Origin: Bacteroidales bacterium
GTDB taxonomy: Bacteria > Bacteroidota > Bacteroidia > Bacteroidales > JAFGXI01
DNA length: 32,207 nucleotides
Assembly: GCA_026985625.1 (NCBI GenBank)
Contig: JALSQC010000278.1
Location: 1-32,207 of the forward strand
Direction of reading: 5' to 3'
In this document: positions 9,595 to 20,988 of the stretch, piece by piece
Layout of the letters: each line of letters opens with the position of its first letter
Position numbering within the stretch: the first letter of the stretch is position 1
Position numbers and translations under genes: made by a program
Notes under the pieces: model-generated
Told to the model about the DNA's origin: nothing
Databases searched by the model: none
What the model saw: only the letters and a program-made list of their open reading frames with translations

Positions 9595-9629
9595 TTTTTA
9601 ATAATTTCTCTTGTTCTTATAATTTTATT

Positions 9630-10622
9630 TTATTCTCTATCTAGATTGTATTTTTTAATATCCATACCAAAAGTTAGTTGTAATTTATCTAATAGTTCGT
9701 CTAATTCGGTTAATGATTTTTTACCAAAGTTTCTAAATTTTAACAAATCGTTTTTATTAAATTGAACTAACTCTCCAAGAGTATCGACATCTGCGGCTTT
9801 TAAGCAATTTAAAGCTCTTACCGATAGTTCCATATCTATCAATTTTGTTTTTAATAATTGACGCATATGTAAAGCTTCTTCGTCGAATTCTTCATTTTCT
9901 TTATTTTCGTCGCTATCAAGAGATATTGTTTCGTCAGAAAATAGCATAAAATGGTGAATTAAAATTTTTGCTGCTTCTTTAAGTGATTCTTTTGGGTGGA
10001 TAGAACCATCTGTTTCGATTTCGAATATTAGTTTTTCGTAATCGGTTTTTTGCTCAACTCTGTAATTTTCTATGTAATATTTTACATTTTTAATAGGTGT
10101 ATGAATTGAGTCAATAGGTATTATTCCAAATTCGGCATCGGGTATTATGTTTTCTTCTGCGGGAACATATTTTCTTCCTTTGTTTATATGTAGTTCTATT
10201 GATAATTTAATTGTTGGTTCTAAATTACAAATCACCAAATCAGGGTTTAATACTTCAAAGTTATTTAAGAAACTTGTAATATCGCCGGCTTTAAATTGTT
10301 CTTTACCCGATATAACAACGTTTACAACTTCTTTATCTACGTCTTCGATATGACGTTTAAAACGCACTTGTTTTAAGTTAAGTATAATCTCGGTTACATC
10401 TTCGATTACACCTTTAATTGTAGAAAATTCATGTTCTACACCTTCTATTTTTATTGCAGTAATTGCAAAGCCTTCCAGCGATGATAATAAAATTCTTCGC
10501 AAGGCGTTTCCAATAGTTATTCCATAACCGGGTTCTAAAGGACGAAATTCGAATTTACCAAATCGTTCTGTAGAATCGATCATTATAACTTTATCGGGTT
10601 TTTGAAAATCTATAATTGCCAT
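9630..10622 (-). CDS. rpoA: DNA-directed RNA polymerase subunit alpha
   Basis: 330 aa. The N-terminal domain shows [28 protein letters not shown] and the C-terminal domain shows [22 protein letters not shown]. It occupies the canonical position after rpsD. Confidence 0.96.
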   Translation of the reverse strand: MAIIDFQKPDKVIMIDSTERFGKFEFRPLEPGYGITIGNALRRILLSSLEGFAITAIKIEGVEHEFSTIKGVIEDVTEIILNLKQVRFKRHIEDVDKEVVNVVISGKEQFKAGDITSFLNNFEVLNPDLVICNLEPTIKLSIELHINKGRKYVPAEENIIPDAEFGIIPIDSIHTPIKNVKYYIENYRVEQKTDYEKLIFEIETDGSIHPKESLKEAAKILIHHFMLFSDETISLDSDENKENEEFDEEALHMRQLLKTKLIDMELSVRALNCLKAADVDTLGELVQFNKNDLLKFRNFGKKSLTELDELLDKLQLTFGMDIKKYNLDRE

Positions 10623-10637
10623 AGAATATATAATATA

Positions 10638-11246
10638 TTATTTAGAATATAATTCAACTATTAATTGTTCTTTGATATTTTCGGGAATATCTTCTCTATC
10701 GGGAATATTAATTACTTTTCCTGATAATGATACTGCATCAAATTCTAACCAAGGATATTTTGAATGATTAAATCCTGACAATGAATTTGATATTATTTCT
10801 AATGATTTTGATTTTTCTCTAACACTAACAATATCGCCTTCGCGTAATGTAATTGATGGAATATTAGATACTCTTCCGTTAAGTGCAATATGTTTATGAG
10901 AGACTAATTGTCGTGCTGCATCTCGGGTTGGAGCTAATCCTAATCTATATACAACATTGTCTAGTCTCATTTCTAATAGTTGCAATAGTACTTCTCCTGT
11001 AATACCTTTACTACGGTTTGCTTTTTTAAACAAATTTGAGAATTGTTTTTCTAATAGTCCGTAAGTATATTTAGCTTTTTGTTTTTCTAAAAGCTGAATT
11101 CCATACTCTGAAGATTTTGATCTTCGTTTGTTAACCCCGTGTTGTCCCGGTTTATAATTTTTTCGTTCTAGAACTTTGTCGGGTCCGTAAATTGGGCTAC
11201 CAAATTTTCTAGCTATCTTGGATTTTGGTCCTCTATATCTTGCCAT
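10638..11246 (-). CDS. rpsD: 30S ribosomal protein S4
   Basis: 202 aa starting [16 protein letters not shown], with an S4 domain ([26 protein letters not shown]). Confidence 0.96.
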   Translation of the reverse strand: MARYRGPKSKIARKFGSPIYGPDKVLERKNYKPGQHGVNKRRSKSSEYGIQLLEKQKAKYTYGLLEKQFSNLFKKANRSKGITGEVLLQLLEMRLDNVVYRLGLAPTRDAARQLVSHKHIALNGRVSNIPSITLREGDIVSVREKSKSLEIISNSLSGFNHSKYPWLEFDAVSLSGKVINIPDREDIPENIKEQLIVELYSK

Positions 11247-11281
11247 TTATTATTATGTTTATATTTTTTATATAAATAAAA

Positions 11282-11671
11282 TTAAACTCTTCGTTGTTTT
11301 GGTGGACGACATCCATTATGTGGTAATGGTGTTACGTCAACAATTTCTGAAACTGATATTCCAACTCCGGCTATTGATCTTATAGCCGATTCTCTACCAG
11401 CACCAGGTCCTTTTACAAAAACTTTTACTCTGCGTAATCCCAAGTCATAAGCAACCTTTGCACATTCTTCGGCTGCAACTTGTGCTGCATAAGGTGTATT
11501 TTTTTTAGATCCTCTAAATCCTTTTTTTCCTGCAGACGACCAAGATATTACTTGTCCATTGTCGTTTGTAATTGATATTATTATGTTATTAAATGATGAG
11601 TGTATATGTGCTTGACCTGAAGCTTCGACTTTAACAACTCTTTTTTTTGCTGCTTTTGTTTTTTTTGCCAT
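11282..11671 (-). CDS. rpsK: 30S ribosomal protein S11
   Basis: 129 aa with [15 protein letters not shown]-like and [16 protein letters not shown] motifs. Confidence 0.96.
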   Translation of the reverse strand: MAKKTKAAKKRVVKVEASGQAHIHSSFNNIIISITNDNGQVISWSSAGKKGFRGSKKNTPYAAQVAAEECAKVAYDLGLRRVKVFVKGPGAGRESAIRSIAGVGISVSEIVDVTPLPHNGCRPPKQRRV

Positions 11672-11681
11672 AGTTAACTAA

Positions 11682-12059
11682 TTATTTTGTTGCTTTCTTT
11701 TTATTAGCAATGGTTTTCTTTTTACCTCGACGAGTACGGGCGTTATTTTTAGTATGTTGACCTCTAACGGGTAAACCTATTCTGTGTCTGATTCCTCTAT
11801 AAGAACCAATATCCATAAGTCTTTTTATATTAAGTTGTACTTCGGAACGCAACTCTCCTTCGATTTTATAGTTATCTACTATGTGTGTTCTGATTTGGGA
11901 TAGTTGTTCGTCTGTCCAATCTTTAACTTTTATGTTATTATCTATTTTTAAAGTACTTAGGATTTTTTTTGCAGTACTTCGTCCTATACCATAAATATAA
12001 GTTAAACTTACTTCACCTCTTTTGTTATCAGGTATGTCAATTCCAGCTATTCTTGCCAT
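11682..12059 (-). CDS. rpsM: 30S ribosomal protein S13
   Basis: 125 aa starting [30 protein letters not shown]. Confidence 0.96.
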   Translation of the reverse strand: MARIAGIDIPDNKRGEVSLTYIYGIGRSTAKKILSTLKIDNNIKVKDWTDEQLSQIRTHIVDNYKIEGELRSEVQLNIKRLMDIGSYRGIRHRIGLPVRGQHTKNNARTRRGKKKTIANKKKATK

Positions 12060-12079
12060 AAAATTATTTAATTAAATTA

Positions 12080-12196
12080 TTAACCTTGTCTTTGTTTAAA
12101 TTTAGGATTTTTTTTGTTTATTACATAAACACGTCCTTTTCTTTTAACGATTTTGCAATCGTCTGATCTTTTTTTTACAGATGCTCTTACTTTCAT
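12080..12196 (-). CDS. rpmJ: 50S ribosomal protein L36 (zinc-ligand-deficient form)
   Basis: Not in the ORF track because it is under the size cutoff. Hand translation of the minus strand from ATG 12196..12194 to TAA 12082..12080 gives [38 protein letters not shown] (38 aa). It sits in the canonical slot between infA and rpsM. Confidence 0.9.
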   Translation of the reverse strand: MKVRASVKKRSDDCKIVKRKGRVYVINKKNPKFKQRQG

Positions 12197-12199
12197 AAT

Positions 12200-12418
12200 T
12201 TATTTATATCTAAAAGTTATTCTTCCTTTTGTTAAATCGTATGGCGACATTTCGATTTTAACTTTATCGCCGGGTAAAATTTTTATATAATGCATGCGCA
12301 TTTTTCCTGAGATATGTGCTGTTATTATATGCCCATTCTCTAATTCTACTTTAAATTTAGCATTTGACAATGCTTCAATTATTTGTCCGTCTTGTTCTAT
12401 CGAAGGCTGTTTTGCCAT
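12200..12418 (-). CDS. infA: Translation initiation factor IF-1
   Basis: 72 aa with an S1-like OB fold: [32 protein letters not shown]. Confidence 0.96.
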   Translation of the reverse strand: MAKQPSIEQDGQIIEALSNAKFKVELENGHIITAHISGKMRMHYIKILPGDKVKIEMSPYDLTKGRITFRYK

Positions 12419-12428
12419 ATATTTATTT

Positions 12429-13208
12429 TTAATTTATTTTTTTTACTTCTTCGTCAATAATATCAAAATTTGATAATATTTCTGTTTTATCTTTTTTTAT
12501 TGCTATTGTATGTTCAAAATGGGCTGACGGTAATTTATCTAATGTATAAATTGTCCAACCATCGCTACTTTGTCTTACTTCTTTTCTGCCCATATTAATC
12601 ATAGGCTCAATAGCTATTGTTAAATTTTTTTTTATTTTAATTCCTTTTCCTTGTCTGCCAAAGTTAGGAACTTCAGGTGCTTCATGTAATTTTTTTCCTA
12701 TTCCGTGTCCTACTAATTCTCTTACAACTCCGTATCCGTTTTCTTCGGCGTGTTTTTGAATTGCATAGCTTATATCTCCTATTCTGTTTCCTACTTTTGC
12801 TTGTTCTATTCCTTTGTATAATGCTTCTCGTGTTACTTTTAAAAGTTTCTTTTTTTCGTCGGATATTTCGCCTATAGCAAAAGTATAACATGAATCGCCA
12901 TTATATCCGTTCATTATTACTCCACAATCGACTGATACTATATCTCCTTCGCGTAATTCGTATTTTGACGGAATACCATGAACTACTTGATTATTTACTG
13001 ATATACAAAGTGTATTTGGAAATCCGTTATAATTTAAAAATCCCGGTATTCCTCCGTTATCTCTTATAAATTCTTCGGCAACCTTATCGATATCAATTGT
13101 TTTTGTTCCGGGTTTCATCATATGTGCTATTGCCGCATGTGTTTTTGATACCATAAGATTACTAATTTTCATTAGTTCTATTTCGCTATCAGTCTTATAA
13201 TATATCAT
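12429..13208 (-). CDS. map: Type I methionine aminopeptidase
   Basis: Metal-ligand blocks are present: GDIVSVD, GYNGDS, VGHGIG and IEPMI. The ORF track starts at a TTG (13211), but the ATG one codon downstream (13208) gives the family-typical [14 protein letters not shown] start. Confidence 0.93.
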   Translation of the reverse strand: MIYYKTDSEIELMKISNLMVSKTHAAIAHMMKPGTKTIDIDKVAEEFIRDNGGIPGFLNYNGFPNTLCISVNNQVVHGIPSKYELREGDIVSVDCGVIMNGYNGDSCYTFAIGEISDEKKKLLKVTREALYKGIEQAKVGNRIGDISYAIQKHAEENGYGVVRELVGHGIGKKLHEAPEVPNFGRQGKGIKIKKNLTIAIEPMINMGRKEVRQSSDGWTIYTLDKLPSAHFEHTIAIKKDKTEILSNFDIIDEEVKKIN

Positions 13209-13220
13209 CAAAGAACGTTA

Positions 13221-14564
13221 TTAAAATGCTGCTCCTACAGCATTTCCTGATTTTCCTTTTATTCTACCTGATTTTACTAACCCATCGTAATGTCTCATTA
13301 ATAAATGGCTTTCGATTTGTTGTAATGTGTCTAATACTACTCCTACAAGAATTAATAATGATGTTCCTCCGTAAAATCTTGAGAATTGATTATTTACTCC
13401 TGCCATTACGGCAAAAGCCGGTAATATAGCAATAATTGCTAGTAATATTGATCCCGGTAATGTTATTTTTGACATTACACTATCTAAAAATTCAACTGTT
13501 TTTTTACCTGGTTTTACGCCTGGTATAAATCCTCCGTTACGCTTCATATCTTCAGCCATTTGTGTTGGATTTATTGTTATTGCAGTGTAAAAGTATGTAA
13601 AAATAATTATCATTATAGCAAATGTAAAGTTATACCAAAATCCTGTATAATCGGCAAAAGCTGCTGCAAATCCCGATGCTGAATCGGAGCTTGAGAATCC
13701 TGCTATCATCATTGGGACAAACATAAGTGCTTGTGCAAAAATTATTGGCATTACTCCTGATGCATTTACTTTTAATGGTATATATTGACGAACTCCGCCG
13801 TATTGTTTGTTTCCTACGATACGTTTGGCATATTGAACAGGTATTCGTCTGGTTCCTTGAACAAGTAATATTGCAAACATTACTACTACAAGTAGAATTA
13901 CTATTTCTAAGAGGAATGCTATTAATCCTCCTGCTCCGTCCATTCTACTACCAAATTCTGCTACTAAAGCAAATGGTAATCTGGCAATTATACCTATCAT
14001 TATTATTAATGATATTCCGTTTCCTATTCCTTTATCTGTAATTCTTTCGCCCAACCACATTATAAACATTGTTCCTGCTACAAGTATTATAAGAGATGAT
14101 ATCCAAAATAGTGATTGGTCTCCGACAAAAGCTGTATCGGGTAATTGGTATCTTAAGTTTGTAATGTAACTTGGTGCTTGTACTCCTGTAATTAATACTG
14201 TAAGGTATCGTGTAATTTGTGTAATTTTTTTTCTTCCGCTTTCGCCTTCGTGTTGTAATTTTTGAAAATATGGAATTGCTATGCCTAAAAGTTGAACTAC
14301 AATAGATGCCGATATGTAAGGCATTATACCCAAAGCAAAAATTGATGCATTAGAGAATGCACCACCTGAAAACATATCTAATAAACCGAGAACTCCATCT
14401 GATGTTTGTTTATGTAGGTTTCCTAATTGTGAAGGGTCTACACCCGGTAATACAACAAAAGAACCCAATCTATATATTAGTAGTAGTCCTAATGTTGTGA
14501 GTATTCGAGCACGTAAGTCCTCGATTTTATATATATTTTTAAATGTTTGGATAATTTTTTTCAT
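13221..14564 (-). CDS. secY: Preprotein translocase subunit SecY
   Basis: 447 aa, polytopic, in the canonical position after rplO. It carries GIMPYISASIVVQLL and GISLIIMIGIIA blocks. Confidence 0.96.
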   Translation of the reverse strand: MKKIIQTFKNIYKIEDLRARILTTLGLLLIYRLGSFVVLPGVDPSQLGNLHKQTSDGVLGLLDMFSGGAFSNASIFALGIMPYISASIVVQLLGIAIPYFQKLQHEGESGRKKITQITRYLTVLITGVQAPSYITNLRYQLPDTAFVGDQSLFWISSLIILVAGTMFIMWLGERITDKGIGNGISLIIMIGIIARLPFALVAEFGSRMDGAGGLIAFLLEIVILLVVVMFAILLVQGTRRIPVQYAKRIVGNKQYGGVRQYIPLKVNASGVMPIIFAQALMFVPMMIAGFSSSDSASGFAAAFADYTGFWYNFTFAIMIIIFTYFYTAITINPTQMAEDMKRNGGFIPGVKPGKKTVEFLDSVMSKITLPGSILLAIIAILPAFAVMAGVNNQFSRFYGGTSLLILVGVVLDTLQQIESHLLMRHYDGLVKSGRIKGKSGNAVGAAF

Positions 14565-14574
14565 TAATCTAAAA

Positions 14575-15021
14575 TTAAATTAGTGTAGCTGTTCCTTTTA
14601 AGTCTTCGATTGCTTTTTTTGCCGATGCAGAGAATGCATTTGCAGTAACATCAATTTTAGATGTTAGTTTACCGTTTCCTAAGATTTTTACTAACTCATT
14701 TTTGGAAATTAATCCGTTTTCTACAAATGTTTCGAATGTAAATGTTTTAATATTTTTTTTATCAACTAATTGTTGTAGTGTTGATATATTAATACCTTTA
14801 TATTCTACACGGTTTGGATTTTTAAATCCGTATTTAGGAACTCTTCGTTGTAGTGGCATTTGTCCACCCTCGAAACCTATTTTTTTTGAATATCCGGAAC
14901 GAGATTTAGCTCCTTTATGTCCTCTTGTTGATGTTCCTCCGTGACCTGATCCTTGACCTCTACCTATTCTTTTTCGTTTGTGTGTTGATCCTTCTGCAGG
15001 TTTTAAATTACTTAAATCCAT
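14575..15021 (-). CDS. rplO: 50S ribosomal protein L15
   Basis: 148 aa with [21 protein letters not shown]. Confidence 0.96.
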   Translation of the reverse strand: MDLSNLKPAEGSTHKRKRIGRGQGSGHGGTSTRGHKGAKSRSGYSKKIGFEGGQMPLQRRVPKYGFKNPNRVEYKGINISTLQQLVDKKNIKTFTFETFVENGLISKNELVKILGNGKLTSKIDVTANAFSASAKKAIEDLKGTATLI

Positions 15022-15050
15022 ATCTTTAAATAAATATAATGTAAATTATT

Positions 15051-15227
15051 TTACTTTTCTACTTTTAATAAATGTTCTAATTTTTTTACCATTCCTAATA
15101 TTTGAGGTGTGGCTTCTAACTCAACTGTTTGATGCATTTTTTTAATACCTAATGCTTGCATTGTTAATTTTTGTCGTTTTGTACTTCCTATAGTACTTTT
15201 AATCTGTGTTATTTTAATTTTTGCCAT
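15051..15227 (-). CDS. rpmD: 50S ribosomal protein L30
   Basis: MAKIKITQIKSTIGSTKRQKLTMQALGIKKMHQTVELEATPQILGMVKKLEHLLKVEK. I chose the second ATG (15227) because it gives the family-typical MAKIKITQ start and avoids overlap with rpsE. The ORF track's ATG at 15245 would add MANINK. Confidence 0.85.
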   Translation of the reverse strand: MAKIKITQIKSTIGSTKRQKLTMQALGIKKMHQTVELEATPQILGMVKKLEHLLKVEK

Positions 15228-15237
15228 TTTATTAATA

Positions 15238-15750
15238 TTAGCCATTAAAAACTTTATTTAATTCTACGCCTCTATGCTCTGCAACTGTATATGCATCGCG
15301 AAGGTTTATTAAAGCTTCGATTGTTGCTTTAACTAAGTTATGATGGTTTGACGAGCCTTTTGATTTTGCAAGAACATCTTTTACTCCCACGCTTTCAAGA
15401 ACTGCACGCATTGCACCTCCGGCTTTAACTCCTGTTCCACTTGATGCCGGTTTAATAAGTACTTTTGCTCCGCCATATTTAGCAACTTGTTCGTGTGGTA
15501 TTGTTCCGTTTAGTATTGGAACTTTTATAAGATTTTTTTTGGCATCTTCTATTCCTTTAGCTATTGCCGATGTAACTTCTGATGCTTTTCCTAATCCGTA
15601 TCCTACAATTCCGTCTTCGTTTCCTACAACTACAACTGCTGAGAAACTGAATTTTCTACCACCTTTTGTTACTTTTATAACTCTTTTTATACCTACTAAA
15701 CGATCTTTTAGTTCTAAGTCGCTTGTTTTTATTCTATTAACTACTGACAT
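15238..15750 (-). CDS. rpsE: 30S ribosomal protein S5
   Basis: 170 aa with [33 protein letters not shown]. Confidence 0.96.
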   Translation of the reverse strand: MSVVNRIKTSDLELKDRLVGIKRVIKVTKGGRKFSFSAVVVVGNEDGIVGYGLGKASEVTSAIAKGIEDAKKNLIKVPILNGTIPHEQVAKYGGAKVLIKPASSGTGVKAGGAMRAVLESVGVKDVLAKSKGSSNHHNLVKATIEALINLRDAYTVAEHRGVELNKVFNG

Positions 15751-15756
15751 AATTTA

Positions 15757-16107
15757 TTAAAATTTTAGTCCATTTTCTCTAGCTGCATCAGCTAATGATT
15801 TAACTCTTCCGTGATATAGGTATCCGTTACGATCGAATACTATTTTTGTTATTCCTTTTTCTATAGCTTTTTTTGCTATTGATTCTCCTACTAATTTTGC
15901 TTGTTCTGTTTTAGTAATTCCTTTTTTTGCTATTATATCTTTTTCTAATGACGATGCCGAAACTATTGTATTTCCTGCATTATCGTCAATTATTTGAGCA
16001 TAAATTTGTTTATTACTTCTAAAAACACTTAATCGAGGTTGGGTTTCGGTTCCACTAATTTTTCCTCTGATTCTTCTTCTTATTTTTAATCTTTTTTCTC
16101 TAATCAT
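15757..16107 (-). CDS. rplR: 50S ribosomal protein L18
   Basis: 116 aa with [19 protein letters not shown] and [26 protein letters not shown]. Confidence 0.96.
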   Translation of the reverse strand: MIREKRLKIRRRIRGKISGTETQPRLSVFRSNKQIYAQIIDDNAGNTIVSASSLEKDIIAKKGITKTEQAKLVGESIAKKAIEKGITKIVFDRNGYLYHGRVKSLADAARENGLKF

Positions 16108-16127
16108 AACTTATAATAATATATATA

Positions 16128-16682
16128 TTACATGCCTGCTGATTTACCGGCTTTTCTTCTTAATTCTTCGCCTACGAATTTAATTCCTTTACCTTTGTAT
16201 GGCTCCGGTTTTCGTAATGATCTTATTTTTGACGCTACCATTCCTAATAGTTGTTTGTCGTGGCTACGCATAGTAAGTATTGAGTTTGCTCGTTTTTCGG
16301 CTTTTGCTTCGGCTTTTATTTCGGGTGGTAATTCAAAAATAATTTCGTGTGAGTATCCTAATGACATTATTAGTTGTTGTCCTTTCATTTCGGCTTTGTA
16401 ACCAACTCCAACAAATTCTTGTTTGGTTTCGAATCCTTCGGATACTCCTATTACCATATTATTAATTAATGAACGATATAGCCCGTGCATAGCGTTGGCT
16501 TGTTTTGTATTTCCATTATTAATAACGTTAATAGTTTTGTCTTTTATTTTAATTTCTATATCTTTATTAACTTGTTGTGTTAACTCGCCTAATTTACCTT
16601 TAACTGTAACTAGGTTATCTGCATTAACATCAACTGTAACGCCTTCCGGGATATTTATTGGTAATTTTCCTATTCGTGACAT
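16128..16682 (-). CDS. rplF: 50S ribosomal protein L6
   Basis: 184 aa starting MSRIGKLPINIPEGVTV. Confidence 0.96.
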   Translation of the reverse strand: MSRIGKLPINIPEGVTVDVNADNLVTVKGKLGELTQQVNKDIEIKIKDKTINVINNGNTKQANAMHGLYRSLINNMVIGVSEGFETKQEFVGVGYKAEMKGQQLIMSLGYSHEIIFELPPEIKAEAKAEKRANSILTMRSHDKQLLGMVASKIRSLRKPEPYKGKGIKFVGEELRRKAGKSAGM

Positions 16683-16701
16683 TTTCTTTTGTATTTATTT
16701 T

Positions 16702-17100
16702 TTAATAAACGTAGCATAATAATTCGCCACCTACATTTAATTTTCTTGCTTCTTTATCGGTTATTACACCTTTTGAGGTTGATAAAATAGCTACTCCTAA
16801 TCCGTTTAATATACGAGGTATATCGTCAACTCCTGCATATTTTCTTAATCCTGGTTTACTAATTCTGCCTATTTTTTTTATTGCAGGTACTTTTGTTTTT
16901 GGATGATATTTTAATGCTATTTTAATGTTTCCTTGTTTATTATCGGTTTCTTCAAATTTATAATTTAAGATGTAACCTTTATCAAATAAAACTTTTGTTA
17001 TTTCTTTTTTTAAGTTAGATGCAGGTATATTAACAACTTTATGTTTTGCCATCATTGCATTTCTAACTCTAGTTAAATAGTCTGCTATTGTATCAGTCAT
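16702..17100 (-). CDS. rpsH: 30S ribosomal protein S8
   Basis: 132 aa starting [15 protein letters not shown] and ending GGELLCYVY. Confidence 0.96.
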   Translation of the reverse strand: MTDTIADYLTRVRNAMMAKHKVVNIPASNLKKEITKVLFDKGYILNYKFEETDNKQGNIKIALKYHPKTKVPAIKKIGRISKPGLRKYAGVDDIPRILNGLGVAILSTSKGVITDKEARKLNVGGELLCYVY

Positions 17101-17119
17101 TTTCTTTTTTTTTTATATT

Positions 17120-17389
17120 TTACCAACTAGCTTTTTTAATTCCGGGTATTAATCCTGCAGAAGCCATTTCTCTAAATGTAATTCTGCTAATACCAAATTG
17201 TCTCATATAACCTTTTGGACGTCCTGTTAAACTGCATCTGTTATGTAGTCTTACTTTTGATGAGTTTTTTGGTAATCTGCTAAGTGCAATATAGTCTCCT
17301 TCGGCTTTTAGTTTTGCTCTTTTTTCAGCATATTTATCAACCATTTTTTGTCGCTTTACTTCACGAGCTTTCATTGATTCTTTTGCCAT
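17120..17389 (-). CDS. rpsN: 30S ribosomal protein S14 (long, non-zinc form)
   Basis: 89 aa, [20 protein letters not shown]...[26 protein letters not shown]...W. Only one Cys is present where zinc-ribbon S14 proteins have four. Confidence 0.95.
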   Translation of the reverse strand: MAKESMKAREVKRQKMVDKYAEKRAKLKAEGDYIALSRLPKNSSKVRLHNRCSLTGRPKGYMRQFGISRITFREMASAGLIPGIKKASW

Positions 17390-17391
17390 AT

Positions 17392-17949
17392 TTAATTCTT
17401 TTTTATATTTTTAAATGGTAATCCGAATTCTTTTAACAGTGCATAACCCTCTTCGTCGGTTTTAGCTGTTGTAACAAATGTTATTTGCATTCCTAAAATT
17501 TTTGATATTTTATCAATATTAATTTCGGGAAATATTATTTGTTCTTTTATTCCGAATGTATAATTTCCTTTTCCGTCTAATTTAAATGGTATTCCTCGGA
17601 AATCTCTAACTCGAGGTATAGCAACGCTAATTAGTCTGTCAAGAAATTCGTACATTTTTTCTCGTCTAAGAGTTACTCTTACTCCAATTGGCATTTTTTT
17701 ACGTAATTTAAAGTTAGAGATGTCTTTTTTTGATACTGTTTTTACAGCTTTTTGTCCTGTTATAGCTGTTAGTTCGTTTATAGCTATATCGATAAGTTTT
17801 TTATCTGATATAGCTTGTCCTAAACCTTGATTTATAACTATTTTTTCTAGTTTAGGCACTTGCATAATACTCTTATATCCAAATTGTTTTTTTAAATTTG
17901 GTATAATTTCGGTTTCGTATTTTGCTCTTAGTGTAGGTTTATAAGCCAT
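17392..17949 (-). CDS. rplE: 50S ribosomal protein L5
   Basis: 185 aa with [14 protein letters not shown] and RDFRGI motifs. Its start ATG overlaps the rplX stop by 1 nt (TAATG). Confidence 0.96.
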   Translation of the reverse strand: MAYKPTLRAKYETEIIPNLKKQFGYKSIMQVPKLEKIVINQGLGQAISDKKLIDIAINELTAITGQKAVKTVSKKDISNFKLRKKMPIGVRVTLRREKMYEFLDRLISVAIPRVRDFRGIPFKLDGKGNYTFGIKEQIIFPEINIDKISKILGMQITFVTTAKTDEEGYALLKEFGLPFKNIKKN

Positions 17950-18272
17950 TACTTAATTTCCTCCCCTGATTTTTTTGAATATCTTACTAATTTATTTTTT
18001 TTGTTCAATTTTCTTCCAATTCGTGTTGGTTCTCCTGATGCAGGGTCAACAAGCATTAAATTGGATATATGAATTGAACCTTCTTTTTTTATTATTCCTC
18101 CTTGAGTATTTTCGGCATTAGGTTTTGTATGTTTTGATATCATATTTACACCTTCTACAATAGCTCTTTCTTTTTTCACTATTACTTCTAATACTCTACC
18201 TTGTTGTCCTTTTGAGTTTCCTGCAATTACTTTAACAAGGTCTCCTTTTTTTATATGTAATTTTTTTTGCAT
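17949..18272 (-). CDS. rplX: 50S ribosomal protein L24
   Basis: 107 aa with a KOW motif ([24 protein letters not shown]). Confidence 0.96.
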   Translation of the reverse strand: MQKKLHIKKGDLVKVIAGNSKGQQGRVLEVIVKKERAIVEGVNMISKHTKPNAENTQGGIIKKEGSIHISNLMLVDPASGEPTRIGRKLNKKNKLVRYSKKSGEEIK

Positions 18273-18282
18273 ATCTTAATTA

Positions 18283-18651
18283 TTATAAAACTTCGGGTGC
18301 TAATGAAACTATTTTCATATATTGTTTTTCGCGTAGTTCTCTGGCTACAGGTCCAAAAATACGGGTTCCTCTAATTTCGCCTGCGGCGTTTAGTAATACT
18401 GCGGCATTATCGTCGAATCTTATGTAAGAACCGTCTTTTCGTCGAATTTCTTTTTTTGTTCTAACTACAACAGCTTTTGTTACTGTTCCTTTTTTTACTT
18501 CGCTTGCAGGAATTGCACTTTTAACTGTAACAACAATTTTGTCGCCTACTGTTGCATATTTTTTTCCTGTACCTCCAAGTACTCTAATACAGAGAACTTC
18601 TTTTGCTCCGCTATTATCTGCTACGTTTAGTCTTGTTTCTTGTTGTATCAT
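18283..18651 (-). CDS. rplN: 50S ribosomal protein L14
   Basis: 122 aa starting [27 protein letters not shown]. Confidence 0.97.
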   Translation of the reverse strand: MIQQETRLNVADNSGAKEVLCIRVLGGTGKKYATVGDKIVVTVKSAIPASEVKKGTVTKAVVVRTKKEIRRKDGSYIRFDDNAAVLLNAAGEIRGTRIFGPVARELREKQYMKIVSLAPEVL

Positions 18652-18653
18652 AA

Positions 18654-18908
18654 TTATTTTGCTCTTTCAATAATATTAACTAATCTCCATCGTTTATTTT
18701 TGCTTAATGGTCTGGTTTCCATTATTTTTACAATGTCTCCAATATTGCAATCGTTTTTATCGTCATGTGCTGTAAACTTTTGTGTTTTATTAACGAATTT
18801 TCCATATTTTCTATGTTTTTCTTTGTATTTTACAGCGACAACTATGGATTTCTCCATTTTATTGCTTACAACAACTCCTATTCGTTCTTTTCTTAAGTTT
18901 CTTTCCAT
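18654..18908 (-). CDS. rpsQ: 30S ribosomal protein S17
   Basis: 84 aa with [21 protein letters not shown] and [12 protein letters not shown]. Confidence 0.96.
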   Translation of the reverse strand: MERNLRKERIGVVVSNKMEKSIVVAVKYKEKHRKYGKFVNKTQKFTAHDDKNDCNIGDIVKIMETRPLSKNKRWRLVNIIERAK

Positions 18909-18910
18909 TT

Positions 18911-19108
18911 TTATTTATTATTGATAATTCTATATTGTAATTCTGTTTTTAATCTTGCTATATCTTTTTTTGTATCTCCTATTTTTAATGGATTTTCTAA
19001 TGGAGAAATAGCATGCGATAACTTAAGTTTGTTTAAGTATTCGCTTTGGTCGATAATTCTTTCTTTTATTTCAGGAGTTGATAACTCTCTTATTTCTGAC
19101 ATTTTCAT
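18911..19108 (-). CDS. rpmC: 50S ribosomal protein L29
   Basis: 65 aa starting [18 protein letters not shown], in the canonical position between rplP and rpsQ. Confidence 0.93.
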   Translation of the reverse strand: MKMSEIRELSTPEIKERIIDQSEYLNKLKLSHAISPLENPLKIGDTKKDIARLKTELQYRIINNK

Positions 19109-19120
19109 ATCGTTATAATT

Positions 19121-19540
19121 TTATTCTGTGTAGTCGTTACGAACTACAAATTTTGTTTTTATTGGTAATTTTTGAGCTCCTAATCTTAATGCTTCTTTAG
19201 CAACGTCCATAGGTACTCCTTCGATTTCTATAATTATTCTTCCCGGAGTAACGGGGGCAACAAATGCTTCGGGTGCACCTTTACCTTTTCCCATACGAAC
19301 TTCGGCAGGTTTTTTTGTTATTGGTTTGTCAGGAAATATTCGTATCCATACTTGTCCTTCACGTTTCATGTAACGAGTAACTGCTTGACGTGCTGCCTCT
19401 ATTTGTCGTCCTGTAATCCAGTGTTCTTCTAATCCTTTAATTCCAAAAGAGCCAAATGCAAGTGTAGCACCTCTTTGGGCGTTACCTTTCATTTTCCCTT
19501 TTTGCATTCTTCTATATTTTGTTTTTTTTGGTTGTAACAT
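19121..19540 (-). CDS. rplP: 50S ribosomal protein L16
   Basis: 139 aa starting [19 protein letters not shown], with [10 protein letters not shown]. Confidence 0.97.
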   Translation of the reverse strand: MLQPKKTKYRRMQKGKMKGNAQRGATLAFGSFGIKGLEEHWITGRQIEAARQAVTRYMKREGQVWIRIFPDKPITKKPAEVRMGKGKGAPEAFVAPVTPGRIIIEIEGVPMDVAKEALRLGAQKLPIKTKFVVRNDYTE

Positions 19541-19562
19541 TTTTAATCAAATTAAAGTTATT

Positions 19563-20264
19563 TTATTTTCTTCTTCTGCTATTTCTTTTTGGAGATTGTT
19601 TTTGGACTTTTGCTCCTATATTTGGTGACAAGTCTCGTTTTCCGTAAACTTCGCCTTTGCATATCCAAACTTTTAGTCCTATTGCTCCAACTTTAGTTCT
19701 TGCTGTTGATGTTGCGTAGTCTATATCTGCTCTTAATGTATGTAGTGGTGTTCTTCCTTCTTTATACATTTCGGAGCGTGCCATTTCTGCTCCATTTAGG
19801 CGTCCTGATATTTGTACTTTTATACCTTCGGCACCCATTCTCATTGTTGATGCAATTGCTGTTTTAATTGCTCTACGGTATGCCATTTTACCTTCTAGTT
19901 GATGTGCTATTGTATTTGCAACTAAGACGGCATCTAACTCTGGTCTTTTTACTTCAAAAATATTTATTTGAACTTCTTGTTTTGTAATTTTTTTAAGCTC
20001 TTCTTTTAGTCTATCTACTTCTTGTCCGCCTTTTCCTATAATAATTCCGGGACGTGCGGTGTTTATAGTAATAGTAATAAATTTTAGAGTTCTTTCGATA
20101 ATAATTCTAGATATGCTTGCTTTTGCTAATCTAACATTTAAATATTTTCTGATTATATCGTCTTCGGCAATTTTTTCTGCGTATTTTTTTCCTCCATACC
20201 AGTTAGAGTCCCAGCCTCTTATAATTCCTAAACGATTACTTATCGGATTAATTTTTTGTCCCAT
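19563..20264 (-). CDS. rpsC: 30S ribosomal protein S3
   Basis: 233 aa starting [23 protein letters not shown], with a KH domain and a basic C-terminal tail. Confidence 0.97.
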   Translation of the reverse strand: MGQKINPISNRLGIIRGWDSNWYGGKKYAEKIAEDDIIRKYLNVRLAKASISRIIIERTLKFITITINTARPGIIIGKGGQEVDRLKEELKKITKQEVQINIFEVKRPELDAVLVANTIAHQLEGKMAYRRAIKTAIASTMRMGAEGIKVQISGRLNGAEMARSEMYKEGRTPLHTLRADIDYATSTARTKVGAIGLKVWICKGEVYGKRDLSPNIGAKVQKQSPKRNSRRRK

Positions 20265-20268
20265 TATA

Positions 20269-20685
20269 TTAATTTTCTTTTTCTTCGTTAATATTATTAC
20301 TATCTATAATTAGAGTAACATGATTAGATCTTTTTCTAATACGATGTGCTCTACCTTGAGGTGCAGGTTGAATTCGTTTTAGCATTTTTGCCGAATCAAC
20401 AAAAATTTCTTTTACGTATAAGTTACTTTCTTCGATTTTTGCACCTTCATTTTTAATTTGCCAATTTGAAATGGCAGAGAGTAGAAGTTTCTCTAATTTT
20501 ATTGAAGCTTCTTTTTTTGAATATTTTAAAATATCAAGAGCTTTATTTACTTCAACGCCTCTTACTGTATCTGCAACTATTCGCATTTTTCGAGGCGATG
20601 TAGGATTATTTCTTAAAACTGCTTTGTATATAGTTTTATTTGCTTCTTTACGCTTTTCGGCTAAATTTCTTTTTCTTGCACCCAT
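20269..20685 (-). CDS. rplV: 50S ribosomal protein L22
   Basis: 138 aa with [14 protein letters not shown] and [18 protein letters not shown]. Confidence 0.95.
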   Translation of the reverse strand: MGARKRNLAEKRKEANKTIYKAVLRNNPTSPRKMRIVADTVRGVEVNKALDILKYSKKEASIKLEKLLLSAISNWQIKNEGAKIEESNLYVKEIFVDSAKMLKRIQPAPQGRAHRIRKRSNHVTLIIDSNNINEEKEN

Positions 20686-20699
20686 ATCTTTAAACTATT

Positions 20700-20969
20700 T
20701 TATTTTTTCTTATTACCTGCGTGACCTCTAAAAGTACGTGTTGGAGAAAATTCTCCTAATTTATGTCCAACCATATTTTCTGTTATATATACAGGTATAA
20801 ATTTATTTCCATTATGAACTGCTATTGTATGTCCCACAAAATCCGGCGATATCATTGATCTTCGCGACCATGTTTTTATAACGGATTTTTTATTTTTTTC
20901 ATTCATCTCTAGTACTCGTTTTTCGAGTTTGTAATCGATAAATGGTCCTTTTTTTAGAGATCTACTCAT
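20700..20969 (-). CDS. rpsS: 30S ribosomal protein S19
   Basis: 89 aa starting [12 protein letters not shown], with [16 protein letters not shown]. Confidence 0.97.
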   Translation of the reverse strand: MSRSLKKGPFIDYKLEKRVLEMNEKNKKSVIKTWSRRSMISPDFVGHTIAVHNGNKFIPVYITENMVGHKLGEFSPTRTFRGHAGNKKK

Positions 20970-20988
20970 AAATTAAAAATTTTTTATA

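Noticed and set aside
12682-12891. A 69-aa Arg/Lys-rich minus-strand ORF in an alternative frame inside map, plus its plus-strand partner at 12677..12877.
   Set aside because: It is embedded entirely within a well-supported methionine aminopeptidase gene. Its low-complexity basic composition is typical of off-frame reading, and it has no independent start context.
15228-15245. An upstream ATG at 15245 that would extend L30 by six residues (MANINK) and overlap rpsE by 8 nt.
   Set aside because: L30 orthologs begin MAK(T)IKITQ. The downstream ATG at 15227 reproduces this and avoids the overlap. The choice cannot be settled without N-terminal data, so confidence in the start is moderate.
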